A stretch of 64,000 bases of DNA from positions 42,718,001-42,782,000 of the forward strand of contig NC_043013.1 of the NCBI RefSeq assembly GCF_006345805.1, written 5' to 3'. Shown here piece by piece: positions 25,901 to 39,600 of the stretch. The position numbers and the translations under genes are program-made. The notes under the pieces are model-generated. The model did not search any database and was not told the DNA's origin. It worked only from the letters and a program-made list of their open reading frames with translations. This DNA is from Octopus sinensis (taxonomy: Eukaryota). Positions within the stretch are counted from its first letter, which is position 1; every line of letters starts with the position of its first letter.

Positions 25901-28900
25901 GTACAGGCTGCTGGTTACAAAGGAGCGGTTATCATGATGCGTCCAGGTGAACCACTTCAAGACATGAACTGTAATGGAGAGCAGTGCACAAAACCATTGA
26001 CCATCTTTGCAACAGCGGTACCATATAGTAAACCAGTATTACAGTGAGTTAAATTTCTCTCCAATCCTTATCCTTTTCTCATTTGCTACAGTGATAAAAT
26101 CAGACAACCCTCAATAAGATTTTTATTTATTTCTTATTGAGTGCAAAAGAGAAAAATTTAATCTTAAAGATAGCCATGTATCATATTATGCATATTGTGA
26201 ATATAATAGCTGTGTTTCTTGCAATTGTTAATGCCAATTCAGCCTTGATTGAGCACATCTCTGATCAAAGGTGTTCAATTCATGACAATCCCACCTTTGC
26301 TTAACCCTTTAGTGTTTAAACCGGCTATATCCGGCCCAAATATTCTAAATGTTTTACATTCAAACTGGCGATATCTATCCTCTCACACTTAACCTACAAC
26401 GTCATTCTAAAAATAAACAATCACATCACTGAAACCTCAAAGCTATAAGATAATGCATGATCAATTCAAAACAATTTGAGTGAAAAAGTATTATATTTAA
26501 CAGAGTAATCTGAATACTAAAGGGTTAAGATGTAATGTATCCAGATGTATTATTATCTTAGATGCATATGTCTCCTTTATTTTTCTAAGGTAATGCAATG
26601 TAATTTGAAGATTTTTCACAGATTAAATGTATAGGTATATCAGGTACACTAGGCTATAGCACTTTCTTTCCTATTGCATGGAGTTGAAACCTTGACAGTC
26701 CATAAAGTCCAAGTAGACGAGTTACATGCAAATATGATAAGACTATTGCAACAAATTATGAATATTATTCTCTTTGACAAGATCAGGAATGAAGAGATCC
26801 TATGATAGAAATTTTCATTAATAGAAATTTACATTGGTTGAAATAGAAATTTACGTTAATAGAAATTTACATTTAAAGGCGGTGAGCATATAAATAAATG
26901 ACATGTTATTGTAAATATATCTATATCTTTGACAGTTAAATAAAATACCTATCTGTCCTTCAATTTATGTCTCTCTTTCTCTCTCTTCTTCTCTCCCTCC
27001 CTTGCTCTCTCTTTCTCTCTCACTATTAGTCTATCTACACATCATTCACATTTTATTTATCATGTTGATTAATTTATATAAATATAAATATGGGGTAGCC
27101 ATGTATCTCTTCTTGAGCAAGATACCTGTCTCTGTCTGTCTATCATACTTTAACCCTTTAGGGTTCACATTATTCTGTCCAATGTAATGCTTATTTATTC
27201 ACATGGTTTGAATTAGTCTTGCATTACCTTGTAACTTTGAGGTTTTGATGAGGTAACTGTTTATCTTTAAAAGGATGTTGTGAGAGGCCAGATCTGGCTA
27301 GTTTGAATATAAAACAGGTAGAATATTTGGGCCAGATATGACCTGTTTAAATACTAAAGGCTTGACCCCTCATGGAGGTGTGTGGCTTAGTGGTTAGGGT
27401 GCTGGACTCGTGATTAGAATATTGTGGTTTCAATTTCTGGATCAGGCAACACGTTGTATTCTTGAGTAAAACCTTTCATTTCACATTGCTCCAATCCACT
27501 CAGCTGGCTAAAATGAGTAATCCTGTGATGGACCGGTATCCCATTCAGGTGGGGAATGTATATGCCACAAAACCAGGAAACTGGCCCTTATGAGTCAGCA
27601 TGTATCGAGAAAGTAATTTTACCGTTTCTTTTTATAAAGCCCCCCCTCCCTCCCTCAATACTACACCTCCTCAGTTGAGGGTGTCTTGTCTTGTGAGTTA
27701 CTTAGTGGACTCACTGGTACTAGTGCCATGTAAAAAGCACCCAGTTCCAGTACACTCAGTCAAGTGGTTAGCATTAGGAAGGGCAACCATCTGTAGAAAC
27801 AGTATCATAGCAGACATTGGAGCTTGGTGCAGTCCTCTGGCTTAGCATCTTTATCAAACTGGCCAACCCATGCCAGCATGGAAAGAAAAACATTAAATGG
27901 TGATGAAGATGATATAAAGATATTTGAGCAGAGGCAATGCAAGCAGTAACCTAAAGGAACATTACTAAAATCCTCACACAAAGATTTTAGTAATGTTCCT
28001 TTAGTTACTGCTTGCATTACCTCCGCTCAGATTAAGAAGTGGAATATAGCTCATTTGGAGCACTACAACTCCAGTCTGTATTATATCTTGAGTATTGTTA
28101 TTACTAGCTATCTCAAGATATAACTGTGTATTTTGATATAAAGATATAAATAATGTATAAATTAAGGGGAGGAAAATGTTTCTAAATAACTTTCATTTTC
28201 ATTTCATACTCTGTTCTGTTTTATACAGCAATGGTCCATTAACTATAAAATTCCAGAACACACCATCACAAATTTTCTATATGGCCATTGATCCATTGGG
28301 TAAACTGACAGAAGTCGGATGGATGCTGTATCCATCAGCAAACTTTTTGGTATGGCAAGCAGAATGGTGAGTGTGCATTTTGATATGGTTTATGTTTGTT
28401 TTATTACATTTTATTACATTTATTATATTTAATATTTCCCATCTAAATTTAATCTTAATTGAATATTTATGTAATTATTTAGATTTCATATTTTGTAATA
28501 ATTTTTAAAGATCTATGCCCATGTTTTTAAGTGTGTGACGCTTCAGCCGTTTGTGCATGTATGTGTGTGTGTGTATTAATGCAAATGCATGTGTATGTGA
28601 TTATGTGTCTGTAACAATGCTTGTGTCTGTTTGCCCTTCTGTGTATATTTGTGTCAATGTGTGTATGAGTAAAGGCGGCGAGCTGGCAGAAACATTAGCA
28701 CGCCGGGCGAAATACTTAGCAGTATTTTGTCTGCCGTTATGTTCTGAGTTCAAATTCCGCTGAGGTCGACTATGCCTTTTCTCCCTTCAGGGTTGATAAA
28801 TTAACTACCAGTTACACACTGGGGTCGATGTAATCAACTTAATCCCTTTGTCTGTCCTTGTTTGTCCCCTCTATGTTTAGCTTCTTGTGGGCAATAAACA

Positions 28901-31900
28901 AATAAGAGACATTAGCATGTTTAGCAGTATTTCATCTGTCTTTACATTCTGAGTTCAAATTCCGCTGAGGTCGACTTTGCCTTTCATCCTTTCGGGGTTG
29001 ATAAATTAAGTACCAGTTGTGTACTGGGGTTGATCTAATCGACTGGCCCCTCCTCCAAAATTTCAGGCCTTGTGCCTAGAGTAGAAAAGAATGTGTGTAT
29101 GAGTATGTCTGCCCATCCATCAGTGCAAGTGTGTGTGTGTGTGTGTTTGTCAAAGTGTGTGTGTATATCTGTATCTGTCCATTTGTATTTGTGTCAATGT
29201 ATGTAATGAGTATGTCTGTCACCTCACCCTCTGTATGAGTATTTGTTAATGTGTGTGTATGTGAATTATATCTGTCCATCCACCCTTTTGTGTTTGTGTG
29301 TGTGTGTTTGATTGTGTGTCTGTCCATCCGTGTGTGTTTGTGTCAATGTGTGTATGAGTAGGCCAGCCCATCCATCAGTGTGTGTGTATATGTGTCCCTG
29401 TTTGTGTGTGTATTATAATTTTACCATTATTTGTAAGAATGTCACTTCTCTAAATTCAATATTTCAGGATGAAATTTCAAAATAAACTCGAGAGAAGACT
29501 CTGGAACAAAGACCTTCTTGTGCCATTATTTGAGAATGCCACAATGCAAGGCAAAAGTGGAATTGTTGCCAATGTTACATTACCACCTTTGGAAAGTAGG
29601 TATTTCGCAAACTAGGTATTTCACAAACCTGTCTTTTCACTGATATGCCATTGTTTCTGTGGTCAAAGTTAACCCTTTTGGTGCCATATTTCTGTTAAAA
29701 TACAATAACTTTACTCTCTTTTACTTGTTTCAGTCATTTGACTGTGGCCATACTGGAGCACCGCCTTTAGTTGAGCAAATCGACCCCAGGACTTATTCTT
29801 TGTAAGCCTAGTACTTATTCTATCGGTCTCTTTTGCCGAACAGCTAAGTTACGGGGACGTAAACTCACCAGCATCAGTTGTCAAGCGATGTTGGGGGGAC
29901 AAACACAGACACACAAACATATACACACACATACATACATATATATATGTATATACACATATATACGACGGACTTCTTTCAGTTTCCGTCTACCAAATCC
30001 ACTCACAAGGCTTTGGTCAGCCCGAGGCTATAGTAGAAGACACTTGCCCAAGGTGCCACGCAGTGGGACTGAACCCAGAACCATATGGTTGGTAAGCAAG
30101 CTACTTACCACACACCCACTCCAGCGACTTTATTTCAAATAATTTTTAAAATAGTGAAAAATTTATTAAAATAATTTTGTCATTATTAAGCTGGTATTTA
30201 GAACATAATTTAACATGAAATTTTGATAGAAGGAAGGTTTTAATTTTGATCACTTTCAAACAAGAAGTTTATTTAATAAAATCAGGAGCATTTTGGGTGG
30301 GTCACTATTTTAGAAAGACTTTCAGCTATTGACAGTATTATATTTGTAAAATATGATTTACTCTTTTTTACTCTTTTACTTGTTTCAGTCATTTGACTGT
30401 GGCCATGTGGGAGCATCGCCTTTAGTCGAGCACATCAACCCCAGGACTTATTCTTTGTAACCCTAGTACTTATTCTATCGATCTCTTTTGCCGAACCGCT
30501 AAGTTACGGGGACATAAACATACCAGCATCGGCTGTCAAGCGATGTTTTGTGGACAAACACAGACACAAACATACGTGCGCGCATACACACACATGTATA
30601 TATACGATGGGCTTCTTTCAGTTTCCTTCTACCAAATCCATTCACAAGGCTTTGTTTGGCCCAAGACTATAGTAGAAGATATTTGCCCACGCAGTGGGAC
30701 TGAACCCGGAACCATGTAGTTCGTAAGCAAGCCACTTACCACACAGCCACTCCTACGCCTATAATATGGTTATATTTTACCTTCTTTTCAACTCTATCAA
30801 CACCCTGCCAAGGTCTATAAACATGTTCTACTACTGCATCCTAGTGAGCACAGCACAACAGTTTCACAAGAGCAAGAGGTACTTTTACAACACTGACTAT
30901 ATGTGTTCAGTTTAGCAATGAATAACTGTTGTGGTACTGAGGCTGGCCATAATAGGGAGAGTAAGTCGCCCTTTCCATCCATAGACTGGGATGGTACCTT
31001 GAATAAGTGCTAGCAACCTCTCCACCTCCTGTGTCAGGGAGATGGTGAAGATGTTGACAGCAGGCCCAGAGAAGCAGATAAGGTGAAGACATTGGCAGCA
31101 GAATGTCAAATAACTGACAAGGCAGAGGAGTCCTACATCAGCGGCTTGAACCATACTCACTGTACTCTCATGCATCACATGGTATCTGACATGGAGGCCC
31201 AGGGAGGCAGATATGGTGAAGACATTGGCAGCAGGACATTGAATAACTGACAGGGCAGAGAAGTCCTAGACCAGTGGCTTGAAGGTTATTGTGACCAAGC
31301 AAATGAGCTGTACTACCAAACATTGGTTTGGGCATCAACTAGCAAGTGGGCTGCAACTGCAAGGCAGCCTCATCATTGACCATTGCACTCACCATGCTCA
31401 TTGCACTCTTGTACACCACTTAGTATCTGGCATGGAGTCCCAGAGAGGCAGTCTAGCAGTGGAGACAATGCCAACTGCCTTATTCACCACCTGTAAAAAG
31501 CACCATCTGAACGTGGCCGATGCCAGCGCCACCTTGACTGGCTTTTGTGCCGGTGACACGTAAAAAGCACCAACCAATCGTGGCCACTGCCAGCCTCCCC
31601 TGACACCTGTGCCGGTGGCACATAGAAAGCACCCACTACACTCACGGAGTGGTTGGCATTAGGAAGGGCATCCAGCTGTAGAAACACTGCCAGATCAGAC
31701 TGGAGCCTGGTGCAGCCTCATGGCTTCCCAGACCCCGGTCGAACCGTCCAACCCATGCTAGCACAGAAAACAGACATTAAACGATGATGATGATGAAGGC
31801 TCTAAACAGAGCAGTCAACGTCGACCTACAGTGGACAGTCGATGATGATGACTGTTGCAGCACTGTGGTGGTATGATTAAAGTAATATAATGGAACAGAT

Positions 31901-32617
31901 GTGATAACTATGACAATTTAAAGAATCCTATGACCATAACTGTCTTTTGTCTGCTAAACCTTTTAGTATTCAGATTATTTTAACAAATGTAATTCTTGCT
32001 TATTCACATTGTTTTGAATTAATCATGCATTATCTCATAGGTCCAAGATTTCAATGACATGACTGTGTACTTTTAGAATAACATTATAGAGTAAGTATGA
32101 GAGGCTGGCTCTGGCTGGTTTGAGTACAAAATAAGTGAAATATTTGGGCTGGATATGGCCAGTTTAAATGTTTAAGGGTTAATCTCCATTTTCTTCCCCT
32201 ATGTCCTTTATCATTCCAGCGTTGAGAACCTACTCAACCTTTGAACTACAAGTGAACCTGTCTTGTCCTGGCACCAGAGATGAAGACTGCCCTGCATGGG
32301 ACCGCACTGTTGGGTTACATGTGTGCTGTAATCAGTCTTCCCCATTGTGCAACATGGAACTAGGACGATGGATCACACCATTCCGCAGGTATTTTATTTT
32401 TCTTATCTTTTACTTGTTTCAGTCATTTGACAGCCACCATACTGGGGTACCACCTTGAGGGAGATTAGTCAAATAAATCAATCCCAGGACATTTTTTTTA
32501 ACCCCGAGAGTTATTCTATTGGTTTCTATTTGGTGAACTGCTAAGTTACAGGGATGTTAACACACCAACAACTGCTGTCAAGAGGAGGTGGAGGACAAAC
32601 ACAAGCACGAAGGTACG

Positions 32618-32690
<73 letters not shown>

Positions 32691-33662
32691 ATGTATGTAT
32701 GTATACGATGGGCCATTTTCAGATTTTGTCTACCAAATCCACTCACAGGGTTTTGGTTGGCCCAAGGTTATAGTAGAAAACAATTGCCTAAGGTACAATA
32801 CAGTGGGACTGAACCAAGAACCATGTGATTGGGATGCAAGCTTCTTACCACACTGCCTTAGTTTTTTGGTTTTTTTCCTTTTCTTGATTCATTTTGTTGG
32901 ATATTCATGTTCACATGGGTTTGAAGGTTCTGAAAGTTCTGTCATTTGCACAAAGGAACTTAATTTTTACCTTGCATACTCTCACACACATGCTCAAACA
33001 GATAAAACATGCAAATGCACACACAGGTAAAAACTGACAATTGAAACATATTCATACATTTATAATATATGTATGAAGGTATAAACATACACAGAAATAT
33101 ATATTCATACACACATACAAATAAACTGCCTGGCCGACTCTTGTGAAACCATCCTGCCCATGCTAGCATGAAAGGTGGACATTAGAACGACGACGATGAT
33201 GATGATGATGATAGTGATGAAGGCAGCATCCCTGGTGAAGAGGACTGACCTGCAAGAGTCCTGTGCCAGTGCCATGTTAAAAGCACCCTGCACACACTGT
33301 AAGGTGGATGAAAGGGTATCTAGCCATAGAGACCAAGTCAAATCAGACTGGAACCTGGTGCAGCTCTCCAGCTTGCCAGCTCTGGTCAAATCATCCGACC
33401 CATGCCAACATGGAAAACGGACGTTAAAGGAGGAAGGAGAATACACAGCAAATAGACACAAAGGAAAAAAAGACATTGGAGGGGTAGAAGTGGGTGTGTG
33501 GTAAGTAGCTGGCTTACGAACCACATGGTTCCAGATTCAGTCCCACTGCGTGGCACTTTGGGCAAGTGTCTTCTACTATAGCCTTGGGCCAACCAAAGCC
33601 TTGTGAGTGGATTTGGTAGACGGAAACTGAAAGAAGCCTGTTGTATATATATGTATACATAT

Positions 33663-33696
<34 letters not shown>

Positions 33697-36600
33697 GTTT
33701 GTGTGTCTGTGATTGTCTACCCAACATTGCTTGACAACTGATGCTGGTGTGTTTACGTCCCTGTAACTTAGTGGTTCGGCAAAAGAGACCGATAGAATAA
33801 GTTCTAGGCTTACAAAGAATAAGACCTGAGATCGATTTGCTCAACTAAAGGCGGTGCTCCAGCATGGCCACAGTCAAATGACTGAAACAAATAAAGGAAT
33901 ATTCTCAGACGAATTCATATTTCAACAAAATTATATTATATCAACAGTTATTTCCTCTGCTTATCGTTTATGCATATGTAACAAAGAAAAAACATTTTGA
34001 TTCACCTGTCCGCTGGTTTTGAGGATAATCAAATCAAAATAGTGAGTTTGAGCCACTCACCCAGTGAGTATTTCTGCCAAATTTGGTGAAAATCCCATTC
34101 AGCCATTTCCAGTAATTTTGCAAACACACAGACGGGTGACTACAACACCCTACTTTAACTTATGCACACAGGGTAATTAAACATATATTTATACACATAT
34201 ACATACACAAACATACATACATAGAAATATATGTCCAAATAAATGCACATTTATGTGTGCAAATATGTACACAAATATATACAAATGCATACACATATAA
34301 ATACAATCACAAATAAATACATTCATAGACATGTATAAATACATACACACACACACAAACACATTCACACTCTCTTCCCACAATAGTTATGTTCTTCATC
34401 TTCTATGCAAACTAAACTGCACCTCCTTTAAATTCTTTTGCCACCAATGTTAAATTAGTCCTGCTAATCGACCTACTTCTTATGAAGCATAATGAAAGAC
34501 TTGCCTAAGGTGCTACACAGTAGAACTAAGCCTAAACCACATGGTTGAAAAGAAATTTGCTAAACACAGAGACAGGTGTATACACATGAGGCTTGATCAA
34601 AAAGCATCAGGGTTGGCACTATAAAAAGAAAACCACAACACATATCAATTCGGCATTTAATTACCTTCAAAGCAGTCTCCTTCTGAAGCCACACACTTTA
34701 TCAAACATTGTTTCTATTGATAGAAGCATTCCTGGAACTCCTTTTTGGGGGATGGAGAGTAGCCACATCGTTGCATCCCTTTCAAGTGGGATTTGAGTTT
34801 TGGAAAGAGGAAAAAGTCATGAGGGGAAAGATTTGGGAAGTATGGTGGTTGTTGAACATGGGGAATGTTGTGCCAAAAACTGCGCTGAATGGACAGGTGC
34901 TTTGTCATGGTAGAACTGCTTCTCATTAGATGTGTAGTGTGATGGAAGAAAAGGACAACAGAAAAAGAAGCAAACGAGAGAAAGAAATACAAAAGGCCTT
35001 ACCTGTTGACCTCGGCGGAATCAGCGGTCACTCTCACGAATTAAACATGTCTTGCCTCTCTGCCATCTCAGCTCAAACTGCCCACACGTGCTTCCTGCCC
35101 ACGCATGACCCTTTCACTCTTCCGCTGGCCCTTGCAGTCTTCACTTCCCTTTTGCCTCATCTACCATCCTCTCCACCAACACCACATAGCTCATCACAGC
35201 CCATAACACTGCTAACACCACAAGATGCATGCAATTCTGATAGCGACACTGCTTCCAAGTACTGCTATAAACAACGGAAGTGAGCAAGAATGTTATTTAA
35301 TGTGCATGCATGACAGAGTTCAAGGCCAATCAGTGCCAGGCAGCTTCACTCTGTGTACTTTAATTCTCTTACCACAGCAGTGGTCCTGATACTTTTTGAT
35401 CAAACCTTTTATATGCATATTACATGTAGACACATTATATTCTTATTACATTCTTTTCTCCTCTCCACTTTTTAGGCGTATTGGAATTTGGGTAACAGAT
35501 GTGAGTCCCCTACTACCCTTGCTGACCTCTCGCCAATGCACCTTCCGCATGTTCACTGACCCCTGGGCATCACCATGGAAGCCATCAGCCTCTCTCAGGT
35601 TTTCAAACCCCCACATGAGCAGTAAGTCTGTTTTTTACTTTTCACTTCTAGTTTTCTAATGCTAAAGATGGTTTAACGTTAGCTGAGCTCTTTTAACAGA
35701 GTTAGCTTAAAGATTTTGCTATTGTTCTTTTGAGCATAGGTCAGTCCTGATCTAGCAAAATTATGACCAAAGGCATTCCTGTATTTTATCAGGTTCAGTC
35801 CCACTGTACAGCAGCTTGAGCAGGTGTCTTCTACTATAATTCTGGACTGACCAATGCTTTGCGAGTGAATTCGGTATATAGAAACTATGGAAATCCGAAC
35901 ATGCATGTGTGTGTGTCTTTGTGCTTGTATTTGTACTACACACACACACACCACTTGACAACTGGTGTTGGTTTGTTTATTTTAAGTTCTGAACTTAAAC
36001 CCTACTTCTATGCCAAGAAAAAAGACAAATGGAAGCCATAGGTGTAATACTTTGCTGATGTAAAAAATTTTGTTTTGTTAAAGTCCTTGAGTGAGGAAAA
36101 ACTGGTGAGTAATAATATGAACAAGTTTACGCAAAATCTAATTTTATGTAAACTGTATTGACAAGGAGAAAGAAGTGAGAGAGATATTCCAAACAATGAT
36201 GGTGGGGATTATTTACGACTGTTTCTACCACGTTTGTAATGTTGGAAGGGAGTCATAATTCAGGATCAAAGAAGCTGGTCTTTCATCAAGGATGTGAAGG
36301 TGGCTATTTCTTATCCCAATGTATTCCATGGTAACAGAACTCATCATCTAAAACTACTTCCATCAATAATTGAAAACCAGCAGAGTTGTCCTCTGTGTAG
36401 TTGCTCAATTTGCTAAGAATAGCAACCAAATATCCCTCAAATATCTTCTTAGTATCTTAAAACTGGCATACAGAATTAACTGGCACTTCAACAGTTACAG
36501 CAATGAGGGTTCCAGTTAATCCAATCAATGGAACAGCCTGCTTGTGAAAGTAACATACAAGAGGCTGAGAACTCCACAGACATGCATACCCTTAATGTAG

Positions 36601-39600
36601 TTCTCAAGGAGATTCAGTGTAACACAGACTGTGACAAGGCTGAGCCTTTCAGTTACAGGTACTACTCGTTTTTGCCAGGTTAATGGACTGGAACAATATG
36701 AAGCAAAGCGTCTTGCTCAATAACACCAATACACCACCAGGTATCAAACTCACACTCATGAGCTGTAATACCCTAATACCCTAACCTCTTAGCCATGTGT
36801 CTTGACTGACATACAGAATAATATGGTCTTGGATGTATTATGCTTAGTAAAAAGACAAGATAGTCATAACTCAAATGCTTTTAACGCCTTGACGCCGGTA
36901 TTACCCGAAGCATGCGAGACACTGCTCCGGTTTTTTGTCTAATGAAACCACACAAACACACAAGTGCCAATGAGCTCGCATCTATTTATGTTCACCGTTA
37001 CAATAACATAGCGTCGTACATTTACATCTACCGGTTTATGAAAACGAACTATGTGAAGCTATTTATCATAATATGATATGCACGAGTTATTCTGCTCAAG
37101 TTCAGAAAATAGCTTGCGTGTGGTACAACTCAAAACACAGTATTATGCATGTAAAGTATCCGCATGTCAGCATGTCATTGGTCTACTGCTAGTCTATTGA
37201 CTTGAACGTAACCTAAAATAGCTAAGATAATGCATGGGACGGTGAGCACATGCACCTCAAGAGATAAAGTACATGATAGCGAACGTAAACATACGTCAGC
37301 CGCTAAAAAGTCCATGATAGATGTAGGGCAGCTCTACATCGTATATTCACGATAACCGCGGGTAGGCAAGCAAAAGTGTGATCGCATATTTGCATCAACC
37401 GTTGTCAAGGGGTTAAGCATAGGTTTACCTGATCATGGCTCACTTGGGAGAAAATAACAATTGTAAGGTTAGTATTTGTGCGTAAGTTTAACTAATGTGA
37501 GTAACAACTCAATGTCAAATAGAGAATTGTAAGATTTTTGTTTGTTTCTGTACAGGTTCAAATTCTTCATATCCAGAAGAAGCTAAGCCACTTTTCCTAC
37601 CAGGTGCAGTATTTGACCACAATTACAACAATCACTTCAAACCATATTTCTTTGAAGTTGACCAAAAATATAGCAAGGTTGGTGCTTTATTTCATGTTTT
37701 ATAATGTCATAGCATTGAACGATATTCTAAACAGCTTAATCTAGTTAATATTTGAGAGTTGTACATGTCCAACAAGTCACTTGATATGAGATTATTTGCT
37801 GAAGCTAAAGTAATTACAAAGGGGAAGAACTGTTTTAGCCATTTGTTTCTGTTTAATTCGTCAACCATAATACAGAGTGTATTGTATACATTTTATCATG
37901 GCACCATCATGATTGAGGTTGCTTTGTCTCCTGCAAGTCTAATGAACACCCACTATTCTGAGAAGTGTTTACCAGATAAGCATATTTTATAGTATCTCTT
38001 AACTTTGTCATTTGCATATTTCTAATGACATACAACTGGCTTTTTAACTAACTTTTAGAATACTCTAATATTATTACATTGACTCTTTAGCTTTCAGATT
38101 ACTTTGTCGAATGTAATCCTTATTCATTCACATTGTTTTGAATTTGTCATACATTATTTCACTGCACTTTGATGATGTGATAATTTTTTTTTAGAATGAT
38201 ATCATCAGGTAGGTGTAAGAGACTTGATCTAGCTAGTTTGAACAAAAAATAGATAGAATATTTGGGCTAGATATGGCCAGTTTAAATAGAAAATGGTTAA
38301 TAATTTAGTGTTTAATATAGCTTGGGTGGTGAGCTGGCAGAATTGTTAGCACACTGGGCAAAATGCTTAGTGGTATTTTATCTGCCGTTACATTCTGATT
38401 TCAAATTCCACCGAGGCTGACTTTGCCTTTCATCTTTTCAGGGTCGATAAATTAAGTACCATTTATGCACAGGCGTTGATGTAATCGACTTAATCCCCTT
38501 GTTTGTCCCCTGTATGTTTAGCCCCCTGTGGGCAATAAAGAAATAAATATTGAAATTTGTTGTTAATTATTTAAGGCAGCGAGCTGGCAGAATCATTAGC
38601 ATGCCGGGTGAAATGCTTAGTGGTATTTTGTCTGTCTTTACATTCCAAGTTCAAATTCTGTTGAGGTCAACTTTGCCTTTCATTCTTTTGGAGCCGATGA
38701 ATTAAGTACCAGTTATATACTGGGATCGATCTAATCACCTGACCCCCTCCCCAAAAGTTTCGGGCCTTGTGCCTAGAGTAGAAAAGAATATAGCCAAGCT
38801 GGCAGAATCATTACTGTATCAAACTGCTTAGTAGCATTTCTTCTGGCTCTTTAGATTCTGAGTTCAAATTCCACTGCTTCTAGATTTGATCCGTGTGTGG
38901 CACTTTGAGGAAGTGTCTTCTACCCTAGCCTTGGATTCAACAATACCTTATGAATGAAAATTGGATAGAAAATGGTTTGTATGTGCATGAGTGTATGTGT
39001 TTGTGAATATCTAATTATTTTTACACCTGTTCTTCTCATATTCTTTTCTACTCTAGGCACAAGGCCCAAAATTTTTGGGAAGGACCAGTTGATTAGATCA
39101 ACCCCAGTATGCAACTGGTATTTAATTTATTGACCCCTAAAGGATGAAATGCAAAGTCAACCTCAGTGGAATTTGAACTCGGATCGTAATGACTGACAAA
39201 ATACCGCTAAGCATTTCGCCCCGCATGCTAATGTTTCTGCCAGCTTGTCACTTGCTCTTTTCATATTGGCATGGGTTACACAAGACAGCCCTTCCTTGGA
39301 CCAAATGTCTCTTTTTTTCAAGTAATGTACTTTATTCTACTGTTCTTTGCACATCAAACTCCCAATTTTGGGGACATAGACAAATATCACTGCTATCCAA
39401 GCAGTGTCAATGCAAAGACACAGACAAACACATATATGTATGAATAATGAAATTCTGCATCTAACAAATTTCATCCTTAGGGCATAGGCCAACCTGAAAG
39501 TGTTATAGAACTGAACCCAAAATATGTGGTTCCAAAGAAAACTCCTAAAGCACACAGTTATGCTTGTACATTTGTATAGATTAACATGGAGCAAACAAAT

